Positions 20,921 to 30,826 of a stretch of DNA of 64,000 nt are shown piece after piece (positions within the stretch are counted from its first letter, which is position 1; each line of letters begins with the position of its first letter). The position numbers and the translations under genes are program-made. The notes below the pieces were generated by a model. The model was not told the DNA's origin. It ran no database searches and was given only the letters and a program-made list of their open reading frames with translations. Source of the stretch: an uncultured Acidobacteriota bacterium (GTDB lineage: Bacteria > Acidobacteriota > Terriglobia > UBA7540); contig CAWDSK010000005.1 in the NCBI GenBank assembly GCA_963804995.1, positions 992,001 through 1,056,000 of the forward strand, read 5' to 3'.

Positions 20921-21048
20921 GAAGGTGTGAAAAAATATCATTTTCACCGCTGAGTCGCTGAGACGCAGAGAAATGACCCTTTGTTTTCAAACCTCAGCGC
21001 CTCCACGTCTCCGCGGTGAAAGGTTTGATAGGATTTTTTCACAGCTTC
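20921..21048. mobile_element. MITE-like element inserted into a hairpin repeat
   Basis: IRs GAAGGTGTGAAAAAAT/ATTTTTTCACAGCTTC, TCT on both sides, host arms CGCATACGTCCCGGC/GTCGGGATGTATGCG. Confidence 0.6.
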
Positions 21049-21137
21049 TCTTTGTCGGGATGTATGCGGCGGAAGAGGAATATCTGCGGGCAGGGTCAGA
21101 GACGTGAATCGCAGAGCTGAGCTCGCTCTGCGCCAGC

Positions 21138-21382
21138 CTGCCAACTGGGATATGAGGCGTGAGAAAAGCCCACGGACAGAAAGGCACTGTCCGTGGCTAC
21201 CAGCTTTGTGGTTATGTTTTGATGCCCGACCATTGGCACGCCCTGAAGCGGCATGCCCAATTCAGATTGATTACGTGCGATTGCCGCTGGGATATCAGGC
21301 ATGAGGAAAGCACACTGCCAACTGGGATATGAGGCGTGAGAAAAGCCCACGGACAGAAAGGCACTGTCCGTGGCTACCAGCT
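21138..21382. repeat. Two identical 68-bp direct repeats containing a GTAG-type REP hairpin
   Basis: 21138-21205 equals 21315-21382. The hairpin CCACGGACAGAAAGGCACTGTCCGTGGCTAC has an inverted partial copy at 20694-20732. Confidence 0.9.
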
Positions 21383-21432
21383 CGCATTTCTCATCAGGCC
21401 GAGCCGTTTTCCACGAGCGGTCGGAAGGCGGG

Positions 21433-21612
21433 GCTTCACAGGCTGCGGAAAAACTCCGCAAACTGTCATCCTGAGGAGGCGAAGCCGAGGAAGGACCTCT
21501 GTATTTGCTTGAAAGTTCAAATACAGGGGTCGTTTACCCTGAGCGAAATACCGAGGTCCTTCGCTGCGCTCAGGATGACAGCATTGGAGCGTTTTTCCGC
21601 AGCCTGTGAAGC
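21433..21612. mobile_element. MITE-like nested palindrome
   Basis: Perfect 22-bp IRs GCTTCACAGGCTGCGGAAAAAC/GTTTTTCCGCAGCCTGTGAAGC enclosing inner IRs CTGTCATCCTGAG/CTCAGGATGACAG. Confidence 0.7.
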
Positions 21613-21792
21613 GCCGCCCTTCCCATGGGTGTAAACACACAATACTTCTTCCTCCTCACTTCAAGTGTGGTGTAGACTCTCCCCGCGATTCGTGCCAAAG
21701 ACTGTGCTGCTCACTCGTAAGGGATTCAGCCGCGGGCCGCCCTAATTGCGTACGGGGGAAGAGAGGCGGCGCACGGCAGGAAGGGTCCGAAC

Positions 21793-23202
21793 ATGAAAAA
21801 GTTGAATCGACGGGATTTCATGGGTGTCTGGCCGGCGCTCGGGGCGGTCTCCTTGCTGGCCGCTCCTTCGCTGGGGATGTCAGCAGAGGATACGAAAGGA
21901 TTAGCGCCGGCCCCAGGGGGGCTCCGGGCCGCGGCGTTTTCGTGTGATGTCACGCCTCCCGTGGGTAGTCCGCTTGAAGAATGTGATCCGCCTATTGCGA
22001 CGAGCGTGGACCTTCCCCTGCTCGCGAAAGGCGTGGTCCTGTCGGACGGCAGAACGCGCTATGTTCTGTGCGCGTTCGATTATTGTGAGTTGCGCACCGG
22101 CGCCCATGACCTGTTTCGCAGAAAGATTGCCAACGCTGCCCGCGTCAACGAACTTCACGTCGCCGCGCATTGCGTTCATCAGCATGACGCGCCGCTCTAT
22201 GATGTCGATGCCGAAAAGATAATGGAACTGACGGAGTCGCCCCCGCACGTTTGCGACTTGCCGTTCCTGGAAGTGGCCTCGGACCGCGTGGCCGCAGCCG
22301 TCCGCGCTGCTTGTGAGAAACTCCAGCCGCTGACGCACGTCGGCTATGGCACGGCGAAGGTGGAGAAGTTCGCTTCCAACCGGCGCGTCCCCATGCCGGA
22401 TGGCACAATTGGCGTGCGTTACACTTCCTGCACCGATCCGGTCTTGATTGCCGCGCCGGAGGGGCTGATCGACCCGTGGGTGCGCACGGTGACGCTCTTT
22501 AACGACGAGCATCCCCTGGCGCGGCTGCACTACTACGCCTCTCACCCGCAGAGCTACTACGGCAAGGGGCATATGAATCCGGACATGCCTGGCCTGGCGC
22601 GTGAGCGTCTGGAAAAGGAGGAGGGCATTCCCCAAATCTATTTCACGGGGTGCGGGGGCAATGTGGGAGCGGGGAAGTATAACAACGGTTCGCCCGAGGC
22701 TCGCGTGGAAATCGCGGGGCGCCTCTACACGGGCATGAAAGAATCCGTTGCTTCCACCCAAAAGGCTGCCGTTTCAGAAATCTCCTGGAAGACCAACGAG
22801 GTCAAGTTTGCCCTGCGCCCGGAGCCGGAATTCTCCGAAGCCTATTTCCGCAAAGTCCTGGCCGATTCAAGCAAGCCCTACCATGACCGCAGCCGAGCCG
22901 TTATAGCGCTGGCCTGGTACGAGCGCCTCAAGGTGCGGCCGGCCGTTGACTTGACGTATTATCGCCTCGGCCCCGTCCACATCCTGCACTTGCCGGGCGA
23001 GTCTTTTGTGCAATATCAACTGTACGCGCAAAGTATTCATCCGGATGAATTCCTCGCGGTCGCCGCTTACGGAGAGCTCGGTACAGGTTACATTTGCACG
23101 GACAACGCTGCCAAAGAGGGTGGGTACGAGCCTACCAATTCCTTCGTCGGCCCTCCCAGTGAGGTCCGCTTGAAGGCGGCCATTCGTGAGCTGTTGACGT
23201 AG
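21793..23202 (+). CDS. Tat-exported hypothetical protein, neutral ceramidase-like fold
   Basis: NRRDFMG, DVTPPVG, HCVHQHDAP, SNRR, YYASHP, GCGGNV, LPGE, GGYEP. Confidence 0.7.
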   Translation: MKKLNRRDFMGVWPALGAVSLLAAPSLGMSAEDTKGLAPAPGGLRAAAFSCDVTPPVGSPLEECDPPIATSVDLPLLAKGVVLSDGRTRYVLCAFDYCELRTGAHDLFRRKIANAARVNELHVAAHCVHQHDAPLYDVDAEKIMELTESPPHVCDLPFLEVASDRVAAAVRAACEKLQPLTHVGYGTAKVEKFASNRRVPMPDGTIGVRYTSCTDPVLIAAPEGLIDPWVRTVTLFNDEHPLARLHYYASHPQSYYGKGHMNPDMPGLARERLEKEEGIPQIYFTGCGGNVGAGKYNNGSPEARVEIAGRLYTGMKESVASTQKAAVSEISWKTNEVKFALRPEPEFSEAYFRKVLADSSKPYHDRSRAVIALAWYERLKVRPAVDLTYYRLGPVHILHLPGESFVQYQLYAQSIHPDEFLAVAAYGELGTGYICTDNAAKEGGYEPTNSFVGPPSEVRLKAAIRELLT

Positions 23203-23265
23203 CTTCTGACCTCAGGCCACGAGTCCAAACGGCTCGTGGCCTGAGGGAATTCCTCAGGAGGAATC

Positions 23266-24273
23266 ATGCACGGCCACTTGCATCGCATCGGAACAAGGTT
23301 CTGCGTCCTGATACTAATGGCATGGGTATTGCCGCTGGCCTGTTTTCCGCAGTCGGATGACAATCACCCGATTCGGGTCGGCATCATCGGGTTGGATACC
23401 TCCCACGCCACCGAATTCACAAGAATCTTCAACAATCCTGCCGACCCCGAGCACGTTCCGGGTATCCGGGTGGTGGCCGCGTACAAAGGCGGCAGCCCCG
23501 ACGTTGACGCCAGCCGGAATCGCGTTGACAAGTTCACCGCAGAATTGCGTGACAAATACAAGATTAAAATTGTCGATGACATTCCCACCCTTTGCGGAAT
23601 GGTGGACGCTATTCTGCTCGAAAGCGTGGATGGCCGCCGGCATCTGGAACAAGTCAAGCCGGTGATCGCCGCGCACAAGCCCGTTTTCATCGATAAGCCC
23701 ATGGCGGCCAGCTACAAGGATGTGAAAGAAATCATCCGCCTGGCGAAGGAAGCCGGCGTGCCTTGGTTCACTTCTTCCGACCTGCGATTCTGGGAAGAGA
23801 CCAAGCGGCTGAAGAATCCCGCCGGGGTGGGACGTATCCTGAGCTACGAGGTTTACGGTCCCTCTCCTACTGAGCCTCACCACCCGGACCTGATGTGGTA
23901 CGGTATCCACGCCGTTGAGATGCTGTTCACGCTTATGGGGCCGGGCTGCGAATCCGTCAGCCGGTCGGGGAACAAGGATCAAGACGTCATCGTCGGACGG
24001 TGGAAAGACGGCCGCTTGGGAGTGATGCGAGGCTTCCGGGAGGGAATGGACGATTACGGGATCATGGTGTTTGGTGACAAACAGGTGGCGCACTCCGAAC
24101 CCCGGCCGGATACTTATGGACCGCTGCTCGTGGAAATCGTGAAGTTCTTCCAGACTCGCGTATCGCCCGTTCCGAGCGATGAGACCCTGGAAATATTTGC
24201 CTTCATGGAAGCAGCCGATGTCAGCAAGGCACATGGGGGCGCCGCCGTGCCGCTTAGCCAGATCGGGAAGTGA
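23266..24273 (+). CDS. Gfo/Idh/MocA family oxidoreductase, secreted
   Basis: Signal peptide, IRVGIIGLDTSH, VFIDKPMA, WYGIH. Confidence 0.85.
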   Translation: MHGHLHRIGTRFCVLILMAWVLPLACFPQSDDNHPIRVGIIGLDTSHATEFTRIFNNPADPEHVPGIRVVAAYKGGSPDVDASRNRVDKFTAELRDKYKIKIVDDIPTLCGMVDAILLESVDGRRHLEQVKPVIAAHKPVFIDKPMAASYKDVKEIIRLAKEAGVPWFTSSDLRFWEETKRLKNPAGVGRILSYEVYGPSPTEPHHPDLMWYGIHAVEMLFTLMGPGCESVSRSGNKDQDVIVGRWKDGRLGVMRGFREGMDDYGIMVFGDKQVAHSEPRPDTYGPLLVEIVKFFQTRVSPVPSDETLEIFAFMEAADVSKAHGGAAVPLSQIGK

Positions 24274-24370
24274 ATTCACTGTGGCCGCCAAGGGAGTGGC
24301 ATCGCCGCGTAAATGCCGCATGAATGCCCACGGCTGATGGCCGTGCCGCGCGGCTAGTGGGAGTGAACCA

Positions 24371-26476
24371 ATGCGTAAATCCGACTCGCTCTTTCGAACC
24401 ACCGCCTTTCGTCTTTTCATCATCATTCTTTCCGTCCTGTCCATGGCCGCGATTTCCGCCGCACAGCAGGGTCAGTTCCCTGAGGAATATGCCAAGTCAG
24501 TGCTGGGCGCGCACCAATTTCGCCAGGTCGCCATGTCGCCGGACGGCACGCGCCTCGCTTGGGTCGAAAGATTGCAGGATGGGAAAGGGGCCCCCACAAG
24601 TCACACCGCAATATGGGTCGCGAGCACCGCCGCGTCCACTTCGATTCGCCGCATTACCGCTTGTGGCACGGGCATCCTGCCCGTGAAGGGTCATGGCCAG
24701 GACCCCGATGCATCGGGGCAGGTCGGCCATGCCACGCTTGCCTGCGCTGAGAACAGTCCCGCCTGGTCTCCTGACAGCCAGCAGATTGCCTTCCTTTCGG
24801 ATGCTGCCGGGGCGGGCCAACTTCAACTCTACGTGGCGAACGCGAGTGATGGCAGTCCGCGCCAGGTCACCCACACCAAGGGTTTTCTTGCCGACCCGCA
24901 TTGGTCGCCGGACGGGAAGACGGTTGCAGTTTTGTTGACGGAAAGCTCTGCCCACGCGGTGGGGCCCATGGAGCCGAAGGCTTCGCCCCTTGGTGCTGTA
25001 AGTGAGAAGGTCGACGAGCAGCGACTGGCCACCGTCGATGTAAAGTCTGGAGCCCTCAAGCTGCTGTCTCCCCCGGATCTCTACATATACGAATATGACT
25101 GGTCTCCTGATGGCAAGCGCCTGGCTGCCACCGCGGCGCACGGTTCCGGAGACAACAACTGGTACATCGCCCAACTCTACACGATTGACGCCGGCACGGG
25201 TGACGCCACATCCATTTACCGGCCACCCCTGCAGATTGCTGTGCCCCGCTGGTCCCCGGATGGCGGCAGCATCGCTTTCATCATGGGCTTGATGAGTGAC
25301 GAAGGCGTCACCGGCGGGGATGTGTTCGTAATCCCGGCAGCGGGCGGTGAACCGAGGAACCTTACCCCCAACGTCAGGGCATCGGCCGTGTGGCTGGCGT
25401 GGATGCCTTCGCTACTGCTGGTCGGCGAAGTCCAGGATGGTTTGAGCGCTCTCACCACCTTGGACACCGAAAGCGGAAACCGTCAGACGCTGGTGATTGC
25501 CCCGGAAGATATTACCAACGGCCTGTGGGGCACGAGTTTTTCGCTGGCAAAGGACGGCCGCAACATCGGCGTCATTCGGCATTCCTTCCAAAATCCGCCG
25601 GAGGTCTGGGCGGGCCCTATCGGGAATTGGCGGCAAGTGACGCACGCCAATCAAAACATAAAACCGCAGTGGGGCGAATCTAAAAGCATCCACTGGGATA
25701 ACGATGGGATGCAGATCCAAGGCTGGCTCATTTATCCACTGAACTACGATCCCACCAAGAAGTACCCGCTGGCGGTTTGGGTCCACGGCGGCCCCGGTAG
25801 ATCTCTGCTTTCGCATTGGCCGGCTTGGGACAACGTGACGGCGAACGTGATGGGCCTTCCGGCGCGCGGGTATTTCGTGTTCTTTCCCAATGTGCGCGGC
25901 AGCTTCGGACTGGGTGAGAAGTTCCAGGCCGCGAATGTGAAGGATTTCGGCTACGGAGATTTTCGCGATTTGGTCACGGGAGTGGATGAAGTCGAAAAAT
26001 CCGTGCCCGTTGATGATCAGCGCGTGGGTTTGGCGGGCTGGAGCTACGGCGGATACATGAGCATGTGGGCCGTTACCCAAACCCATCGCTTCCACGCTGT
26101 CATGGCGGGAGCCGGCATTACCAATTGGCAAAGTTACTATGGCGAAAATCAGATCGACGAATGGCTCATTCCTTACTTTGGCGCGTCGGTCTATGAAGAC
26201 CCGGCGGTTTACTCCCGCAGTGCGCCCATCAATTTCATTCAGAACGTCAAGACGCCTACCCTGGTCATGGTGGGCGAGCTGGACGGTGAGTGTCCTGTAG
26301 CGCAGTCGCTCGAGTTTTGGCGCGCCCTCAAGACGCTTGGCGTCGAGACTCAGCTTGTGGTGTATCCCGGCGAGGGACACGCCATCGCGCAACAGGAACA
26401 CCGGCGCGACATCATCACCCGCGTGGCCGATTGGTTCGACCGCTATCTGAAGCCCGTGGCCACCGCTGCGCCCTAG
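24371..26476 (+). CDS. S9 family peptidase (acylaminoacyl/dipeptidyl peptidase) with WD40-like propeller
   Basis: WSPDG repeats, VHGGP, GWSYGG nucleophile motif, GELDGEC, YPGEGH. Confidence 0.92.
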   Translation: MRKSDSLFRTTAFRLFIIILSVLSMAAISAAQQGQFPEEYAKSVLGAHQFRQVAMSPDGTRLAWVERLQDGKGAPTSHTAIWVASTAASTSIRRITACGTGILPVKGHGQDPDASGQVGHATLACAENSPAWSPDSQQIAFLSDAAGAGQLQLYVANASDGSPRQVTHTKGFLADPHWSPDGKTVAVLLTESSAHAVGPMEPKASPLGAVSEKVDEQRLATVDVKSGALKLLSPPDLYIYEYDWSPDGKRLAATAAHGSGDNNWYIAQLYTIDAGTGDATSIYRPPLQIAVPRWSPDGGSIAFIMGLMSDEGVTGGDVFVIPAAGGEPRNLTPNVRASAVWLAWMPSLLLVGEVQDGLSALTTLDTESGNRQTLVIAPEDITNGLWGTSFSLAKDGRNIGVIRHSFQNPPEVWAGPIGNWRQVTHANQNIKPQWGESKSIHWDNDGMQIQGWLIYPLNYDPTKKYPLAVWVHGGPGRSLLSHWPAWDNVTANVMGLPARGYFVFFPNVRGSFGLGEKFQAANVKDFGYGDFRDLVTGVDEVEKSVPVDDQRVGLAGWSYGGYMSMWAVTQTHRFHAVMAGAGITNWQSYYGENQIDEWLIPYFGASVYEDPAVYSRSAPINFIQNVKTPTLVMVGELDGECPVAQSLEFWRALKTLGVETQLVVYPGEGHAIAQQEHRRDIITRVADWFDRYLKPVATAAP

Positions 26477-26584
26477 TTTGCAACCGCGCTCCAGGGTTGA
26501 CGAACACTATCCTCAGGAAGTCCATGCCGATCACTCATGGGTAGTCATTCCTTCGTTTCCCATCATGCCGGAAAGGAGAATCAT

Positions 26585-28783
26585 ATGAGACAGCGCTTCG
26601 CAGGCTTGCTGATTGCACTTTTGCTCTCGACGGCTGGCGCGTGGGCCGGCCAACGTGTCTACGAGGTTGGAGCCGTTTATGTTTACTACGCTTGGACGAG
26701 TGATGCGCAGATCGTACGCGATTTGGAAACCATCGCCTCGACCGGCATCAAGGCCATCAATCCTTATCCGCCTTTTCTCCTGACCCCCGGACACCCAGAG
26801 CCTGACTTCTCCAAGGCGGATGTGGTGCAAAAGACCGCGCAACGCTTGGGCCTGCGCGTGATGCCCACACCTTTCTGGATTGATATGCTACCGGACATGG
26901 CGGCGGCGAAGTGGCCCGAGCGCGCGCCCTCGCCAATCATCGACAACCCGGCGCGCGAGGCCAAACTTTCCCTTGCCAACCCGGAGGTCCTGGCGCTGGC
27001 CGACTACTACGTGGCAGCCACCGTCCGGCACCTCAAGGACGACCCCACTCTGGTTGCCTGGAATGTTTGGGACGAAGCGAATTTCGGAACCTCCATGAAC
27101 GATCCTCACGCCGACCAGTGGTTTGAAGAATGGGGGATGAAGAAGTACGGAAGCACTGACGCCTGGTACGCGCAGTGGAATGATATGCACTTCAATTACG
27201 AGTACCACAAGATGGACCGCATCCAGTTCCAGTGGGATTCGGTTGCCCGCGTCGTCGAGCACTTTGCGGAACTGGTGAAGTCGATCGACCCCGTGCACCC
27301 CACCGGCACGCATAGCGTGGGCAGCATGGTGGTCAAGCCGGAAGTCAGCTCGAATGATGACTGGACTACGGCGAAGGTCGTCGATGAATATGGGCTGTCC
27401 TATTATCCCGATATTCCCGCGCGCGAGTCGGAAGATCAACCGCAGAAAATGGAGAAAGAGAAAGCTCTTTGGGATACGCCATGGACGACCAGCCTGGGGC
27501 TGACCGCCGCCCACGATGCCACGGGGGGCAAGCCTTTCGTGCTGATGGAAGTGCAGACGGGTCCGCAAACTGGGTTCACACGGTATGGCTACGAGCCGGG
27601 GACCATCTTTAACTATGACCGGATTCATCTCTTGACATGGCAATCCGTCGCGCATGATTCCAAGGCGATTTATTTCTGGCAATGGCTCCCGCACCTCGAC
27701 GACTGGCAGGCGTTCGGCCGCGGGCTCGCCGCCTCTGACGGCAGCGTCACGGGGCGCGCGGTGGCTGCGGGGGACGCTTCGCGAATTCTGAATTCTGACC
27801 CCGACCTTTTTCTCGACAGCAAGCCGGTGCCGGCGCAGGTTGCCGTTGTCTACGATGTGATGGGCGATCTGAAGGCCAAAGTGCACGGGGAGGATTGGGG
27901 CTCATTCACGGCCAGAAATCTGATTGGAATCTATCGTGCCTTGTGGAGAGACCAGGTGCGCATCAACGTTCTCAACGCGCGGCAGGTGACGGCTGCGAGC
28001 CTGAAGCCTTACAAGTTGGTCATCTTCCCCTTCTACCTTTGCATGCGCAGCAATGTTGCTGAGGCAGTGGAGAACTATGTGGCGAGCGGCGGTACGGTGC
28101 TGGCAGACGCGCGCTTCGGCATCAGCGACGAACATGACCGAGGGTACCCTGTGAATCCTGGCCTCGGCATGGCCAAGCTCTTCGGGGCGCGCCGGCATGA
28201 CTTGGTGGCGAGCCACAGCCCGTCCCCCATCCGCCTATCGGAAGCGGCTGGTGTGCTGAAGGGCGTCACGCTGCCCGGCCACATGATGGGCGGCGTCTTT
28301 CGCGAGGAGTTGCAGCTTGAGAAAGGCAGCGAGGGGAAAGTCGTGGGCGTCTTCGAAGCAACAGGAACGCCCACGGTGGTCGTTCGGCAAACGGGCAAAG
28401 GGCAAACCGTTCTTCTGGGATTCTCGCTGGGCATTCCGTTACTTGAGAACAATGATCCCGGCGCGGCGGGCTTGCTGCGGGCGGTTGTGAAGTCTGCCGG
28501 GGTCGAGCCCGCGATCCGGGTTACAACGGCGCCCGTTGCCGGACCGGTCGAAGGCGTGGTCCACTCGCGAGGCCGTGCGGATGAGCGGCTGATCTACCTG
28601 CTGAATTGGGGGCATCGCCAGACGCAGGTGACGGCGGAAGTTCCCTGGCCGGGAGAGGTGGTACTGCGCGGGAAGGATTTCGTGTCGGGGCGCAAGGTCG
28701 AGATCCAGCACAAGGAGAATCGCGCCGTGTTCACCCTGACCCTGCCTGCGGATCACGCTGCCGCCGTCCAGATTCGACCGTGA
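26585..28783 (+). CDS. Beta-galactosidase-like glycoside hydrolase (GH42-like) with trimerisation domain
   Basis: AVYVYY, VAWNVWDE, KPFVLMEVQTG, YFWQW, PAQVAVVYD, YVASGGTVL. Confidence 0.75.
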   Translation: MRQRFAGLLIALLLSTAGAWAGQRVYEVGAVYVYYAWTSDAQIVRDLETIASTGIKAINPYPPFLLTPGHPEPDFSKADVVQKTAQRLGLRVMPTPFWIDMLPDMAAAKWPERAPSPIIDNPAREAKLSLANPEVLALADYYVAATVRHLKDDPTLVAWNVWDEANFGTSMNDPHADQWFEEWGMKKYGSTDAWYAQWNDMHFNYEYHKMDRIQFQWDSVARVVEHFAELVKSIDPVHPTGTHSVGSMVVKPEVSSNDDWTTAKVVDEYGLSYYPDIPARESEDQPQKMEKEKALWDTPWTTSLGLTAAHDATGGKPFVLMEVQTGPQTGFTRYGYEPGTIFNYDRIHLLTWQSVAHDSKAIYFWQWLPHLDDWQAFGRGLAASDGSVTGRAVAAGDASRILNSDPDLFLDSKPVPAQVAVVYDVMGDLKAKVHGEDWGSFTARNLIGIYRALWRDQVRINVLNARQVTAASLKPYKLVIFPFYLCMRSNVAEAVENYVASGGTVLADARFGISDEHDRGYPVNPGLGMAKLFGARRHDLVASHSPSPIRLSEAAGVLKGVTLPGHMMGGVFREELQLEKGSEGKVVGVFEATGTPTVVVRQTGKGQTVLLGFSLGIPLLENNDPGAAGLLRAVVKSAGVEPAIRVTTAPVAGPVEGVVHSRGRADERLIYLLNWGHRQTQVTAEVPWPGEVVLRGKDFVSGRKVEIQHKENRAVFTLTLPADHAAAVQIRP

Positions 28784-28831
28784 TCATCCTGGCCGGTAGA
28801 ATAGCGCGGCGGAACTACTGATCAAAAGCCA

Positions 28832-28948
28832 TAGGAAAAAAACGCATGAAGGTGGGAAAGTTAGTGGGACCTCGCGCGCTATGCCCCGCGGAAAGCAACA
28901 TGTGGGACATGTCCCAGGTTGACAAAAAGTCGTACACCCGCAAAAGTG
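28832..28948 (+). repeat. About 120-bp conserved intergenic element (second copy 47141-47259)
   Basis: AAAAYGCATGAAGGYGGG..GTGGGAC..AGCAACAWGTGGGACA(T)GTCCCA..TTKACAA..GCAAAAGT in both copies. Confidence 0.75.
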
Positions 28949-29271
28949 ACATCGGAGAACACGCGTCGCCGAGTGCCACCTCCGCACCTCGCGCCCGGCC
29001 CGACGTACAGATTTCCAGTCTCCGGATCCAAGGCCAACTCCATTCAGAACCGCGACAATTCAACCCCGAATTCTTGACTTCGATAGGATTCAGTGACAAT
29101 GTGCTGTTTTCTGATGGGGCATTTGCGCCTGGCGAGTGGATTTCTTAAGACGCCGAACGCGTGGACGGGATGGCCGGAAGGGCGGGGTTCCCGAGAGAGG
29201 GCAGGGGGACACGTTCCGGCGCGCCTTTCCAATAGGTATTAACAAGTTTAATGATGAGAGGAGAGGTTATC

Positions 29272-30613
29272 ATGAAGAAAGCATCTTTGACTCAACGTGA
29301 ATTCCTGGAAGCGACTTCCGTGGGAGTGGCGGCAAGCGTGGTGCCCAGTGTCAGCATCGCCGGGGGCAACCCCAATGTTTTGGCCGTGCAGGGCGGCACT
29401 CCGGTGCGCAGCAAGCCATTTCCCACGTGGGCCTCAAACCAATGAAATGGATGAAAGCAATATTCTGAAAGCGCTGCGGAATCATCGCTGGTGCACTTAC
29501 GACGGAGAATTCATTCCCAAATTCGAAAAGGCCTGGGCCGAACACCAGTCTGCGCGGGGATGCGTGATGACGCCTTGCGGGACGCATGCCCTGCACATGG
29601 CGCTGGAGGTGCTGGAAATTCAGCCCGGCGATGAGGTGCTGGTGGCGCCTTTCAGCTTTATTGCGGACGTTGCCGCCATCTTGCTGTGTTACGCACTGCC
29701 GGTATTTGTGGATTCGGACCTGGCGACTTTCATGATGGACCCGGATGACATCGAGCACCGGATCACCGAGCATACGCGCGCCATCATGCCCTGTCATATC
29801 ACGGGGGCTCCTGCGGACATGGATAGAATCAATGCGATTGCCCGGAAGCATAACCTCCCCGTGGTCGAGGACGCGGCGCAGGCGCACACCACGCAATATA
29901 AGGGCAAGAAAGCCGGCACGCTGGGAACCATCGGCTGCTTCAGCTTTCAGGAGACCAAGGTCCTGCCGGGCGGTGAGGCGGGAGCGATGGTGAGCAATAA
30001 TGCGGACCTGATCGCCAAGGGATATATCTTCCGCGATTGGGGCCGTCCGCCCAAACAAGGAGAGACCTTTGTGACGCGGGGCACCAAGTACCGCATCTCT
30101 GAGTTCGCCGCCGCCATCCTGATGGCGCAGATTACGCGCTTTGAAGATATCTGCCTGATCCGGGAGAAGAACGCCGCCTACCTCAACGAAGAGTTGCGCA
30201 AGGTTCCGGGGATTATGCCGCTGGAGCTCTGCCCGGGGGCGGAACGCTCGTCGTATTACAATTATGGACTGCGTTTCAGCAAGGAGCATTTCAGCGGCAT
30301 TTCGCAGAAGAAACTGATTAAAGCCATGAGCGCGGAGGGTATTCCGGTGGATTCTTCCGGTCCAGCCCTTAACCGTGAGCCTTACCTCGAACGCCAGCTC
30401 AATTCGCGTGGTTTCCAGAGGATCTTTTCCAAAGAGCGCTTGGCCCGGTACCGGGAGCAGAACGTGCTTCCCCGTAACGACGAACTTACAGACAACCACC
30501 TGGTCATGCCCCACGAGGTGTTAATGGGGACGAAGGCCGACACGGACAGCATCGTGGAGGCTTTCGCAAAAGTTCAGAAGAATGCCGCCAAGCTGACGGG
30601 GATTGTGTCGTAG
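29272..30613 (+). CDS. DegT/DnrJ/EryC1/StrS PLP aminotransferase with Tat-like leader, +1 frameshift near 29430
   Basis: TQREFLE leader and LAVQGGTPVR in one frame. GTHALHMAL, VVEDAAQAH, FSFQETK, GTKYRISE in the next. Removing one G at 29429-29431 joins them as PTWPQTNE. Confidence 0.85.
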
Positions 30614-30624
30614 CCGCGTCCCCA

Positions 30625-30826
30625 GTGCGGTGTCCCAGTTAATATCTGACAAGGTTTCCGACCCCCTCACCCCCCAGCCCCTCTCCCCCAAAGGGGCGAG
30701 GGGAGAGTTAATTCCCTTGCCCTCGCCCCTTTGGGGGAGAGGGTGGCTGGCCGAGGCGTTCTCATCAGCCGAGGCCAGACGGGTGAGGGGGTTCTACCCC
30801 TTGTCAAATCTAACTCGGGACACTAG
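30625..30826. mobile_element. MITE-like element, inverted copy of 16030-16242
   Basis: GTGTCCCAGTTAATATCTGACAA...TTGTCAAATCTAACTCGGGACACTAG with the same internal sequence. Confidence 0.7.

Noticed and set aside
20761..21250. TGGCAC hexamers as sigma54 promoters (20763, 21233)
   Set aside because: No GC at the required GG-N10-GC spacing.
21138..21382. Mini-CRISPR
   Set aside because: 68-bp repeats with a 109-bp spacer and an inverted copy nearby fit REP elements better.
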